64,000 bases of DNA from an uncultured Candidatus Peribacteria bacterium (GCA_964387375.1 CAYLWB010000001.1:38514-102513), one strand, 5' to 3'. Counted from the stretch's first letter, positions 1 to 9,021 are shown. Made by a program: numbers and translations. The notes: generated by a model from the letters alone, not told the origin.

Positions 1-324
1 GCTTGGGAATTCTTAGCTCAGTTAGTGGATGAAGATTATTTGGAGGAATATCACCGTCAAACCCATCGCCCAAGTGCTTTGCGAAATCTAATCAACGCTC
101 AAATTTCCGAACCTATTTACGGGGTTTTTGCAGCTCAGGTGGGTTACGCGGAAAGTTTACCGATGGTGGATGCCGAACAATACGAAGCCATATTCCTAAA
201 AGGCATAGAAGTGATGCTGGAAAAGACACAGACGAGCGATCAGGTGGTCGACTCCATGGCAAAGGATATACAGCTCCTTATTCCTCTAACAGGAGTCAAA
301 CCCACCTATGTTGCCCCTGAATAA
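1..324 (+). CDS. 3' end of a CDS that begins upstream of the window; function unknown (C-terminus weakly reminiscent of an extracellular solute-binding protein)
   Basis: Frame 1 is open from base 1 (AWEFLAQLVDEDYLEEY...) to the stop at 322-324. The track ORF 25..324 is only its internal Met. No diagnostic motif. Confidence 0.4.
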   Translation, partial: AWEFLAQLVDEDYLEEYHRQTHRPSALRNLINAQISEPIYGVFAAQVGYAESLPMVDAEQYEAIFLKGIEVMLEKTQTSDQVVDSMAKDIQLLIPLTGVKPTYVAPE

Positions 325-1630
325 ACTCAATTCTTGGATACGTGGATTCTTTGCTCTGGGAATTTTTATGATTCCTTTCCAATTGAACGAAGTGCTTTAT
401 CAAATGGATTGGGGGAGAGGTTTTGTGAATCCATACACCACAATTCGCCTCTACAGTAGCGAAGTGTTTTTTCTCATTGCTGGAGTTCTTTTTCTAATAC
501 AGCTCTTCAAAAAAGAGAAGCCATGGACTTTTGGAAGTTCGCTCCATTTTCTTTCTCTTTCTATTTTGGCAGTGACGGTCTTGCTGTCTTTTATGGTCAC
601 GCCTTTGCACGATCCAGTTTTTCAGGGATTTTTATTTATTAAAGTTTTAGAAATATTGCTTCTGTATTTTTTGATTGTGAATCAAACTCTTCAGATTCAA
701 ACTTTAGTCCAAGTTTTTGTGGGAACCATGCTTTTTCAATCTTGTTTGGCTTTGTTTCAGGTGTTGAGTCAGGGCAGTTTTGGTCTGTATTTTTTGGGAG
801 AGCCACATCTGTCTGCTCAGGGGGTCCATTTGGCACGTTTTGAAATATTTGGGAAAGAATTCATACGAGCTTATGGAACTTTTTCTCATCCTAATGTCTT
901 GGCAGGCTATTTGGGAGTGAGCCTATTGTTTTCACTATTGATTGAAAAGCTCGCGACAAAGAAGAGAGCTCTGCTTGTGGCAGTGCAGTCTTTAGCCCTA
1001 ATGGTGACTTTTTCGAGACTTTCTATCCTTGTTTTTTCTCTAGTTGCTTTTCTGCTTCTTCTTAGTTTTCTCCCAGATTTTAAAAAACGGAAGATTTGGT
1101 TGCCCCTGGGGGTCTCGGTTTTAATTCTTGAAGTTTTAGCGATCTTTTTCTACAAAGGGATGGCTATCTTTCAAAGCACTTCATTCTTGGAACGTTTGGC
1201 GGGTTATAAAGATTCTTTTTCGCTTTTTAAAATGCATCCATTTGGAATTGGATTCAGTCAGGTCACTCTTTTTTTAGATGGTGTGCATCCAACTCCTATA
1301 ATGCCTTGGGAATATCAACCCATCCACAGTGTCCCTTTCTTGGTTTTGAATGAACTTGGATTTCTAGGTTTATTTGCAGGGATTTTTGCCTTAGTGATCT
1401 TTTTTAAGATGGGCGGTGGGGAAAAAAACACCTCCAAAAAATTGCACCGAAAAAAGATTTTGATTCTGGCAGGTTTAGCACTTTGCATCCTCTCTCTCTT
1501 CGACCATTACCTTTTAACCCTAGACCAGGGAAGATTCCTGATCATTATTCTTTTCAGTCTCTCTTCTTTATTTGCCGTTGATGGAGGCATTAGCTTTCCA
1601 CTGACCTCCCTAAAACCCCACCAAAATTAG
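308..1630 (+). CDS. O-antigen ligase/polymerase-like (Wzy_C-type) polytopic membrane protein
   Basis: 440 aa with about 10-12 hydrophobic helices. The central segment YGTFSHPNVLAGYLG...TFSRLSIL resembles the O-antigen ligase family loop. Confidence 0.6.
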   Translation: MLPLNKLNSWIRGFFALGIFMIPFQLNEVLYQMDWGRGFVNPYTTIRLYSSEVFFLIAGVLFLIQLFKKEKPWTFGSSLHFLSLSILAVTVLLSFMVTPLHDPVFQGFLFIKVLEILLLYFLIVNQTLQIQTLVQVFVGTMLFQSCLALFQVLSQGSFGLYFLGEPHLSAQGVHLARFEIFGKEFIRAYGTFSHPNVLAGYLGVSLLFSLLIEKLATKKRALLVAVQSLALMVTFSRLSILVFSLVAFLLLLSFLPDFKKRKIWLPLGVSVLILEVLAIFFYKGMAIFQSTSFLERLAGYKDSFSLFKMHPFGIGFSQVTLFLDGVHPTPIMPWEYQPIHSVPFLVLNELGFLGLFAGIFALVIFFKMGGGEKNTSKKLHRKKILILAGLALCILSLFDHYLLTLDQGRFLIIILFSLSSLFAVDGGISFPLTSLKPHQN

Positions 1631-2540
1631 GAAAACCCCTAAGAAAATCTGCTGCGTTGAGTGCAGTTTTGCCCTCCAATTGAAGTTTATTCATTTTTAA
1701 GGCTTTTCCTTTGGTGCCAACAAAAATGGATCCATTTTCGACGTGGATTTCCCCAGGTGAAAAAACGAAGTTGCTGCTTTCTAGCTCAAGGAGTTTTAAA
1801 CGTTTTTTTTCATAAAAAGTCCAAAGGCCTGGCCAAGGATTGAATGCTCGAAAACGGTTCAAAATAGTCTGATCATTGTCCTGGAAATCAAGAAAGCCAG
1901 AATCTTTGTTGAGTAAGCCGCAAAAACTCACTTCTTCAAGGTTCTGCTCTTGAAAATTCATTTTTTTTTCGCCGAACATTCTGGCCAACTCATCGGGAAT
2001 AAAAAGTGCAGCCTCCTCTCCAAGAGCATCCTCTAAATCTTCTGCAGTCCACTCTTCTTGAATTGGAAGTTTTTTTTGAGAATAAATGGGGCCAGCATCC
2101 ATTGCACGTACCATCTTCATGAGCGTTAAACCTGTTTCTTCATCTCCATGCAAAAGAGCAGTTTGAATAGGGGATGCTCCACGGTATTTGGGTAGAAGAG
2201 AGGCATGCACGTTCAAGGGGGCAACCTTCGCCAGATCCAGCCAGTTTTGATTCAGGATTTGCCCATAAGCAAAGGTGAGTAAGAAATCAGGAGGATTTTT
2301 TTGAAAACTTTTTAACAAAGTCTCATCTTGAGAAAGACGTTCTGGTTGATAAACGGGAATTCCAAAGGCTTCAGCGATAGCCTTGGTTTCTGGGGAAGCA
2401 AGAACCTTGTTTCTCCCTGCTGGACGATCGGGCTGACAAATCAAGCCAATGATTTTGCATCGGTCATCTAAAAGCAGTGTTTTCAAAAGTGGAATTGAGA
2501 TGGATCCACTGGAAAGAAAAAGGAGGGTGTACGGAGTCAT
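1590..2540 (-). CDS. fmt: methionyl-tRNA formyltransferase
   Basis: Motifs CQPDRPAGRNK, NVHASLLPKYRGASPIQTALLHGDEETGLTLMKM and the C-terminal FGGVLG domain. Start placed at the internal Met (MTPYTLLFLSSG); the longest ORF extends to 2591. Confidence 0.9.
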   Translation of the reverse strand: MTPYTLLFLSSGSISIPLLKTLLLDDRCKIIGLICQPDRPAGRNKVLASPETKAIAEAFGIPVYQPERLSQDETLLKSFQKNPPDFLLTFAYGQILNQNWLDLAKVAPLNVHASLLPKYRGASPIQTALLHGDEETGLTLMKMVRAMDAGPIYSQKKLPIQEEWTAEDLEDALGEEAALFIPDELARMFGEKKMNFQEQNLEEVSFCGLLNKDSGFLDFQDNDQTILNRFRAFNPWPGLWTFYEKKRLKLLELESSNFVFSPGEIHVENGSIFVGTKGKALKMNKLQLEGKTALNAADFLRGFPNFGGVLGRSVES

Positions 2541-2583
2541 GCTTCGCTGGTATTCTTTGCTTGAGTTTAACAGAGACTCATCA

Positions 2584-2991
2584 ATGAGCAAACGCTATCA
2601 ATTGGTACAGATTCCCCATTATCGATTTTTAGGATTCATTTTTTTTGCGACAGTATTGAGTTGGGGTGCATGGGGTTTGGTCATCCAAAAACTAGACCCT
2701 TATTCCAATCCGGAATTGGCTTTGGTGCTGTTTTATCTAAGCATTTTTCTAGCTTTTACGGGAACCTTCACTCTGATTTTTTTCTTTATCAAAAAGTGGA
2801 AAACGGACAATGAGATCTATCTAAAACACCTCACCATTTCCTTGCGACAGGGCTTTTTACTAAGCTTCTGCACCACAGTTTGCTTGCTTCTTCTTATGCT
2901 TGGCCTACTTCGTTTGTGGAATGGGCTTTTGGTGGCCGCTTTGGTAACTCTTCTTGAATTCTATTGGAGTGGAAAAGATGAGCTAAATTGA
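2584..2991 (+). CDS. hypothetical membrane protein (4 predicted TM helices)
   Basis: ATG at 2584 (MSKRYQLVQIPHYRF...) follows the divergent fmt start. The upstream part of the track ORF (2449..) is antisense to fmt. Hydrophobic helices throughout. Confidence 0.5.
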   Translation: MSKRYQLVQIPHYRFLGFIFFATVLSWGAWGLVIQKLDPYSNPELALVLFYLSIFLAFTGTFTLIFFFIKKWKTDNEIYLKHLTISLRQGFLLSFCTTVCLLLLMLGLLRLWNGLLVAALVTLLEFYWSGKDELN

Positions 2992-3654
2992 GTATTTCAT
3001 ACGCTTGACCAAGCGTATGTGAGAGAAGGGGTAAATCACAGCTTTTACCTCTCCTTGAATCATGTCATGAGATAAGAAAGGGGAGCGATCTGCCTTACAA
3101 CCCAATTGCTGAAAGCAACGACGTGAATCGCTGCTGTGAGCACGGTTGTCCCCCATAACAAAATAACTATTTTCAGGGATAGTGTAGGACTCAGAATCCA
3201 CACGGTAGGGTTCGGTGTGTCCTTGATTTTCTTCGTTCAAATAAGGTTCTTCCAATTCCACAAAGTTTCCTTTGGAATCTTCAATAAAAACCTTTCCGTC
3301 CTGGATTTTTAGAGTTTCACCTGGAAGTCCGATCACCCTCTTAATGTAGTATTGGCCACGAGCGGCATAAGGAGCTTGAAAAACAATCACATCCCCTCGA
3401 TCAATAACAGCTGGGGTCCAGGAAAATAAGTTCCAAGTAGCCAAGCGCGAAGTCACAATATGTTCACCCACTCCATTGAAACACTGGTCATCGTACATGT
3501 TGAAAGTATTGCACATGGAAGGACCATCCACACGAAAAGGCGCAAAAAGAAAAGTGCGAATAAAAAGCACCAAAGCGATTACAATCAGAACGTCTACAAA
3601 GACATCAAAAGAAAACCGAGACCAAGTGAATTCCTTTGTCGTATTTTTATTCAT
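2983..3654 (-). CDS. lepB: signal peptidase I
   Basis: N-terminal TM helix, catalytic Ser box GPSMCNTF, Lys box YIKRVIGLPGE, and box E GDNRAHSSDSR. Confidence 0.9.
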   Translation of the reverse strand: MNKNTTKEFTWSRFSFDVFVDVLIVIALVLFIRTFLFAPFRVDGPSMCNTFNMYDDQCFNGVGEHIVTSRLATWNLFSWTPAVIDRGDVIVFQAPYAARGQYYIKRVIGLPGETLKIQDGKVFIEDSKGNFVELEEPYLNEENQGHTEPYRVDSESYTIPENSYFVMGDNRAHSSDSRRCFQQLGCKADRSPFLSHDMIQGEVKAVIYPFSHIRLVKRMKYSI

Positions 3655-3655
3655 A

Positions 3656-3691
3656 GTCGTGTAAAATAACGTTGTCGTGTAAAATAACGTT
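3656..3691. repeat. perfect tandem duplication, 2 x 18 bp (GTCGTGTAAAATAACGTT)
   Basis: Read directly: unit 1 at 3656-3673 and unit 2 at 3674-3691. Each unit holds a TAAAAT -10-like hexamer and the palindrome AACGTT. It lies between the divergent starts of lepB (3654) and the bPH gene (3726). Confidence 0.9.
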
Positions 3692-3725
3692 CGAGAGTTT
3701 AACAGCGAACCTCTCCACCCACAAT

Positions 3726-4292
3726 ATGATCCTGGACGAAATCGCTTTCCGAAATCTGCTTGGAAAAGGGGAGGAGCTGCATTATGTGGCCCGCAAACAT
3801 CCCTTTGTGATCTACCCCACTCTATTCAAAGCCTTGCTCCTGGGGGTTGCTTTTCCCTTGGCTGGATATTGGCTTTTCCCGCCATTTTATCCAGTTTTTT
3901 TAGCTTGGGGGGCAATGGGCATCCTGCTCTTTTCTTATAGAATCCTACAGTGGTTTATGGATGCGTGGATTGTGACAAACTTTGCCATGATTGATCAGGA
4001 ATGGAATAGTTTTTTTAATAAGTCCACCACCCGCATTGAATTTGGGAATATCGAAGGAATTAGTACTGAAACAAAAGGATTCTGGGGGGCAATTTTTGGT
4101 TACGGGCACGTTCAAGTGGAACACACTAGTGGTACGCCAGTGACCATAGATGACGTTTCTAGACCAAGGCTCTTGGAGAGGACTTTGGTTAAACATCAGC
4201 AAGCTTTTATGCGACAGCAAAATTTTTCCGATCAAAACAAGTTGAAAGATTTGCTCACTGCCCTTTTACGTAGTACAACTAAAGACGTCTAG
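3726..4292 (+). CDS. membrane protein with bacterial PH (bPH_2/YdbS-YdbT-like) domain
   Basis: LGKGEELHYVARKHPFVIYPTLFKALLLG followed by two TM helices and a soluble PH-like segment. The track ORF starts at TTG 3672 inside the tandem repeat; ATG 3726 is preferred. Confidence 0.55.
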   Translation: MILDEIAFRNLLGKGEELHYVARKHPFVIYPTLFKALLLGVAFPLAGYWLFPPFYPVFLAWGAMGILLFSYRILQWFMDAWIVTNFAMIDQEWNSFFNKSTTRIEFGNIEGISTETKGFWGAIFGYGHVQVEHTSGTPVTIDDVSRPRLLERTLVKHQQAFMRQQNFSDQNKLKDLLTALLRSTTKDV

Positions 4293-4304
4293 AAGCCTTT
4301 TAAT

Positions 4305-5735
4305 ATGGAATTTGAAGCAGTTATCGGACTAGAAATTCACGCCCAAATTTCTACAAAGAGTAAGCTCTTTTCGGCAGTGGATAACGATTCTTTTGGAAAG
4401 GAACCCAATATCAATACTTCTGTGATTTGCATGGGATTTCCAGGGGTTTTACCTGTGCCCAATCAGGAAGCTGTTGAGAAAGGCGCTAAAGCTGCGCTTG
4501 CCTTGAAATGCACGGTAGCTCGTCATTCTAAATTTGATCGAAAAAACTATTTCTATCCAGATTTGCCCTCTGGCTACCAGATCTCTCAATACGACGAACC
4601 CATTTCTAAAAATGGTCTCGTAGAGTTTTTACTTGGTGGCGAGAAAAAACAGGTTCGTATCACGCGTCTTCATTTAGAAAACGACGCTGGGAAATTGGTT
4701 CATACGGGAAATGACACTCTCCTTGACTTCAATCGTGCTGGAACGCCACTCATGGAAATAGTTTCGGAGCCAGATCTCCGGAGTGCAAAGGAGGCGAGAG
4801 CATATGCAGAGACCGTGCAGCAAATTCTTCGCTATGTGGGAAGTTCTGATTGCGATATGGAAAAAGGAATGATGCGCTTTGATGCGAGCGTTTCCATTCG
4901 TCCTAAGGGAGAGACTAAACTTTATCCACGTGCCGAAATCAAGAATCTCAACTCCTTTAGATCTTTAGAGACAGCGATTGATTACGAAATTCAACGACAA
5001 GTGGAATTGTGGGAAGCTGGAAATCCCGTTAAAGAAGAAGTCACCGTGGGCTGGGACGATGATCGTGGCACCACCGAAATCCTTCGAAGCAAAGAAAGCG
5101 CAGCAGATTACCGCTATTTCCCAGAACCAGACATCCCACCCATTGACTTGAGTGAAGAACAAATTGAAATGTGGCGCAAAGAAGTGCCTGAATTGCCTTT
5201 GGATAAGCAAGAAAGATTTGCGAAAGAATACGAACTGAATGAGGCAGACCTTCAAATGTTCACAGAATCTTTGGCTCTGGCTGATTTTTTTGAGGCTGTT
5301 GCAAAGGGGGCAAAAAATCCAAAAGCAGCCAGCTCTTTTGTAGGAACTGTACTTCCAAAACAGTTGAAAGATGCAGGCATAGATTTTAAAGATTCACCCA
5401 TAACAGCAGAACATCTTATCGAATTGATTCAGTTGGTGGATGAAGGAACTATTTCCAACAACGTCGCTAAATCCACCGTTTTTGAGGCAATGATGAGGGA
5501 CGGCAGCATGCCCAAGGATCTTGTAACGCGTTTGGGCTTGGTTCAGATGAGCGACACCAGTGAATTGGAAGCTCTCTGCAAGGCAGCTATGGAAGCAAAT
5601 CCTCAAGTGGTTGACGATCTAAAATCTGGGAAGGGAAAGGCTCTTGGTGCTTTGGTCGGCCATGTGATGAAAGCCAGCCAAGGCAAAGCCAATCCTAAAA
5701 TGGTGAATGACATTCTCCAGAAACTTCTGGTATAA
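4305..5735 (+). CDS. gatB: Asp-tRNA(Asn)/Glu-tRNA(Gln) amidotransferase subunit B
   Basis: MEFEAVIGLEIHAQI, LHLENDAGKL, NRAGTPLMEIVSEPD, and the C-terminal YqeY-like tail GKANPKMVNDIL. Confidence 0.95.
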   Translation: MEFEAVIGLEIHAQISTKSKLFSAVDNDSFGKEPNINTSVICMGFPGVLPVPNQEAVEKGAKAALALKCTVARHSKFDRKNYFYPDLPSGYQISQYDEPISKNGLVEFLLGGEKKQVRITRLHLENDAGKLVHTGNDTLLDFNRAGTPLMEIVSEPDLRSAKEARAYAETVQQILRYVGSSDCDMEKGMMRFDASVSIRPKGETKLYPRAEIKNLNSFRSLETAIDYEIQRQVELWEAGNPVKEEVTVGWDDDRGTTEILRSKESAADYRYFPEPDIPPIDLSEEQIEMWRKEVPELPLDKQERFAKEYELNEADLQMFTESLALADFFEAVAKGAKNPKAASSFVGTVLPKQLKDAGIDFKDSPITAEHLIELIQLVDEGTISNNVAKSTVFEAMMRDGSMPKDLVTRLGLVQMSDTSELEALCKAAMEANPQVVDDLKSGKGKALGALVGHVMKASQGKANPKMVNDILQKLLV

Positions 5736-5758
5736 TAGAGTCGTTCTAACCCACGCCC

Positions 5759-6013
5759 ATGGAAGCTTTGGACATCTTGCACCTTACTTTGGCCGTTTGT
5801 ATCGGTCTTTTAACGATTTTTCTTTCGTTCACCCTCATCTATTTGATGTTCATCTTGAGGGATGTCTCCAAAGTTACAGATAAAGTGAAAGAAATTGCCG
5901 AGAAGATAGATCGTACAATCACGAAACCCATTTTACTCACCAAGAGCATCATTGAGTTTGTCTCTCCATTCATTCAATCGGCAGAACGGGTTGTGAAGGG
6001 GAGAAAAAAGTAG
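5759..6013 (+). CDS. small membrane protein (single TM plus amphipathic helix, DUF948-like)
   Basis: 84 aa, N-terminal TM (LTLAVCIGLLTIFLSFTLIYLMFIL) and a charged helical tail. The 3' end overlaps the convergent GT26 gene by 44 nt. Confidence 0.4.
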   Translation: MEALDILHLTLAVCIGLLTIFLSFTLIYLMFILRDVSKVTDKVKEIAEKIDRTITKPILLTKSIIEFVSPFIQSAERVVKGRKK

Positions 6014-6764
6014 CTTTTAAGGGAAACACGACAAAAGCATTCCATATTCTTTTTGCTCGTGCCATTGGGTTGAGAATAAGACGCCAAACCCACTCTAGCC
6101 CCATTTTTTGAAGCATTTTAGGAGCCCTTTTGATGTTGCCGCTCCAGAAATCGAAAGATCCTCCCACGCCAATCGCCACGTGCAGATGAGGAAGTTGTGA
6201 ACAGTATTCAGCCATCCAGAGTTCTTGTTTTGGGGCACCATAAGCCACAAACAGCATTTGAGCCCTGCTCTCTTTTACTTGCTCAAATGCTTCCTTCCCA
6301 GGATTTAGGGAGGAAAAACCCGCTACAAGGAGTTTTGGGTATTTTTTTTGGAAAAAAGCAGCAGTTCTTTCGGCCACATTTCCAAAACCACCCAGAAAAA
6401 ATACAGATTGATTGTGGGCAGCAGCCCAGTCCACCATGTCACCCATGAAATCAGATCCGTGAATCACTTCTGGCAGAACTCGTTTAAACGGTGCTTTCCA
6501 AAAGAGGAATAGGAAAAGTGCTGGGAGGTACAGCACTGCACGTAAACTTTTAGATCGTATACTCAGAAGCGTAGAAACAAAGAAAAGGCCGTGACCATCT
6601 GGAAGCATGAGGTCTGCTTTTTCCAAAGCCTTAAAATAGGCTGGATTTCGATTCGCCTCCAAAAGAATTTCAGGATTTGGAGTCACAATAAGCCCCCCCT
6701 TAGCCAGAGCTGCCAGAGCTTGATTACGTGTGACAGGATCGATGCGTACGTTGAGAATTTTCAT
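5970..6764 (-). CDS. WecB/TagA/CpsF-family (GT26) glycosyltransferase
   Basis: VTPNPEILLEA, FLGG...VAERTA, AYGAPKQELWM, and VGGSFDFWSGNIKRAPKMLQKMGLEWVWRL, the typical TagA C-terminal signature. Confidence 0.85.
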   Translation of the reverse strand: MKILNVRIDPVTRNQALAALAKGGLIVTPNPEILLEANRNPAYFKALEKADLMLPDGHGLFFVSTLLSIRSKSLRAVLYLPALFLFLFWKAPFKRVLPEVIHGSDFMGDMVDWAAAHNQSVFFLGGFGNVAERTAAFFQKKYPKLLVAGFSSLNPGKEAFEQVKESRAQMLFVAYGAPKQELWMAEYCSQLPHLHVAIGVGGSFDFWSGNIKRAPKMLQKMGLEWVWRLILNPMARAKRIWNAFVVFPLKATFFSPSQPVLPIE

Positions 6765-7405
6765 GCCTCAGCAATATGAACAAAATTTTGGCCCTTTTCC
6801 TGATAGATTACCTTGAAACCTGCTTTATTCAAAGCACGGCTGAGACCTCTCAAGGTGCAAGCAAAATACGTACGATGAATTCGCTGCTTCCATGGAATTT
6901 GAAGGGCAGAAAAACCGTAACGAGGCCAAAACAAGGTTTTTAGCCAAAGGTTCACAAATCGCCACTGGAAAAGATTCCAGTTCGTCATAAAGAGGCGTCC
7001 TCCAGGTTTGAGCGTTTCCTTCCATGCTTTCAAGATATTAAAATGTTCTTTCGGCGGTAGGTGATGAAAGGAAGCGATTGCAAAAATGGCATCGAATTTT
7101 TCCTCAAAAGCGGGTAGACGAGAAATGTCTGCAAGCAAAAATTTTTCTTGTGGAAATTTTGCTTGAGCCAAAGCAAGCAGCTTTTTAGACTGATCAACGC
7201 CTAAGTATTTTTTATAACCATGTTTTTTTAAAAACGTGAGCAGACGGCCATTCCCACACCCCAAATCTAAAACAGCTGATTCTCTGTTGTAGAATGGTAA
7301 AAACACCTCAAATTCTTTCCAGGGAAATTGTCGCGTTTCATCAAACTCTTCGGCAATCGCATCGTAATCAGCTTTAATCTTTTCCTGGATTCTTTTAGAG
7401 TGCAT
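6761..7405 (-). CDS. class I SAM-dependent methyltransferase with Trm9/ALKBH8-like signature motifs
   Basis: YDAIAEEFDETRQFPWKEFEVFL (compare yeast Trm9 YNEIAPHFSQTRYKPWPIVTEFL). SAM motif I VLDLGCGNG. FDAIFAIASFHHLPPKEH...LKPGGRLFMTNWNLFQ (compare FDFAISIAVVHHWSTRERR...LRQGGQALIYCWALEQ). IPW...RTYFACTLRGL..AGFKV (compare VPW...RYYHLF..GEL..AGF). The methyltransferase fold is certain; the Trm9 assignment rests on motif reading only. Confidence 0.65.
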   Translation of the reverse strand: MHSKRIQEKIKADYDAIAEEFDETRQFPWKEFEVFLPFYNRESAVLDLGCGNGRLLTFLKKHGYKKYLGVDQSKKLLALAQAKFPQEKFLLADISRLPAFEEKFDAIFAIASFHHLPPKEHFNILKAWKETLKPGGRLFMTNWNLFQWRFVNLWLKTLFWPRYGFSALQIPWKQRIHRTYFACTLRGLSRALNKAGFKVIYQEKGQNFVHIAEA

Positions 7406-7410
7406 GCATC

Positions 7411-9003
7411 ATGAAAGTTTTCTCCGAGAAAGATATCCTCAAGCAGTTTATAAAACAAGCTGCGAACGCCAATCTTAAAAATGAAGATGAGCTTCATCGC
7501 TTTAAGAAAAACTTCTGCAAGGGTGCCGACCTGCCTATGTTCAGCAATGTGCGTCTCCAAACAGCTTATGAAGCCTTACTAAAAGAAGGCTGGCAAGGAG
7601 ATGATTTTTTGCAACGCCTCTTGCGTAAGCGAAAGATTCGTACCCTCTCTGGAGTTTCCGTTATTACAGTGCTCACAAAACCTTACACGTGCCCTGGACG
7701 CTGTGTATTTTGTCCAACAGAACCCGGAATGCCCAAGTCTTATCTTTCAAACGAACCTGGAGCCATGCGTGCCGTGCTCGACGATTTTCACCCGAAAGAT
7801 CAAGTTCAAACTCGTCTAAAAAGCTTGAAAGCTCAAGGTCATGAGACTGAAAAACTGGAAATGATTGTGTTGGGAGGAACTTTTTCTGCATACAACCGCC
7901 GGTACCAAAGGGACTTCATTCGCGCTCTCTACAATGCTTGTAACGAAAAGACCGAACGGAGTTTAGACAAAGCCCAAATCGCCAACGAAAGCAGTCCACA
8001 CAAGATCATCGGTTTGAGTTTAGAAACTCGACCCGATCACGTCACGGAAGAAGAAATTTGTCACATGAGAGAACTTGGCTGTACCAAGGTTCAAATTGGC
8101 GTTCAACACACGAATAATGAAGTCCTTGCACTTAACAAACGTGGAGAAACAATTGAAGACAGTATTCACGCAATCCAACTCCTCAAAGATGCAGGTCTCA
8201 AAATCGCCACCCACCTCATGCCCAACTTGCCTGGAAGTACCCCAGAGATGGACGTGCAGATGGTGAAGGATTTTTTTGAAAAACCCGAGTTTAAACCAGA
8301 CCAGCTTAAAATCTACCCTTGTGTGGTCACTCCTTATTCCGAACTGGAGCAATGGTGGAAGGAAGGCCGTTTTCATGCCTATTCCGACGAAGTTATGATG
8401 GACATTCTCCTCCAAATGCAGATGTCCTTGCCCGAGTACGTACGAGTGGAACGGCTTTTTCGAGACATCCCTGGGGAAAGCATTTTAGAGGGCAGTCAAA
8501 AGACGAATATGCGTCAACTTCTCGAAGAAAAAATGGAAAAAATGGGTATGAAATGCCGTTGCATACGTTGCCGTGAAATCAAGGGTGAGACTTACGATCC
8601 TTTGAACACCGAACTGCGAGTGCTTGAATATGAAGCTTCTCATGGTAAAGAATTTTTTATCAGCTTCAACGACAAGGAAAAAGATCGGCTTTGTTCTTTG
8701 CTCCGTCTCCGTTTCCCTTCACAGTTTTTCTCTGGAAAACCACATTTCATTTCCGAGTTGGAGGGGGCAGCTTTAGTGCGCGAGGTACACACTTACGGAG
8801 CTCAAATGAATACTGGGAGTCGAGGGAAAGAGGCTTCTCAACACGTAGGACTGGGTCGTCGTATGCTAGAGAAAGCAGAAGAAATCAGTAAAAACGCTGG
8901 GTTTAAAAAACTTGCTGTCATTGCTGGAGTGGGCACACGCAACTACTACCGAAAGTGGGGGTATGAATTGGAAGGAACTTACATGACTAAGAGCTTGTCT
9001 TAA
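7411..9003 (+). CDS. elp3: Elp3-type radical SAM/GNAT enzyme (tRNA uridine-34 carboxymethylation family)
   Basis: Radical SAM cluster region TKPYTCPGRCVFCPTEPGMPKSYLSNEPGAMRA, LEMIVLGGTFS, GLSLETRPD. C-terminal GNAT QHVGLGRRMLEKAEEISKNAGFKKLAVIAGVGTRNYYRKWGYELEGTYMTKSL matches the Elp3 KAT domain end. Confidence 0.9.
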   Translation: MKVFSEKDILKQFIKQAANANLKNEDELHRFKKNFCKGADLPMFSNVRLQTAYEALLKEGWQGDDFLQRLLRKRKIRTLSGVSVITVLTKPYTCPGRCVFCPTEPGMPKSYLSNEPGAMRAVLDDFHPKDQVQTRLKSLKAQGHETEKLEMIVLGGTFSAYNRRYQRDFIRALYNACNEKTERSLDKAQIANESSPHKIIGLSLETRPDHVTEEEICHMRELGCTKVQIGVQHTNNEVLALNKRGETIEDSIHAIQLLKDAGLKIATHLMPNLPGSTPEMDVQMVKDFFEKPEFKPDQLKIYPCVVTPYSELEQWWKEGRFHAYSDEVMMDILLQMQMSLPEYVRVERLFRDIPGESILEGSQKTNMRQLLEEKMEKMGMKCRCIRCREIKGETYDPLNTELRVLEYEASHGKEFFISFNDKEKDRLCSLLRLRFPSQFFSGKPHFISELEGAALVREVHTYGAQMNTGSRGKEASQHVGLGRRMLEKAEEISKNAGFKKLAVIAGVGTRNYYRKWGYELEGTYMTKSLS

Positions 9004-9021
9004 ACCTGTTTTTAAGGTATA

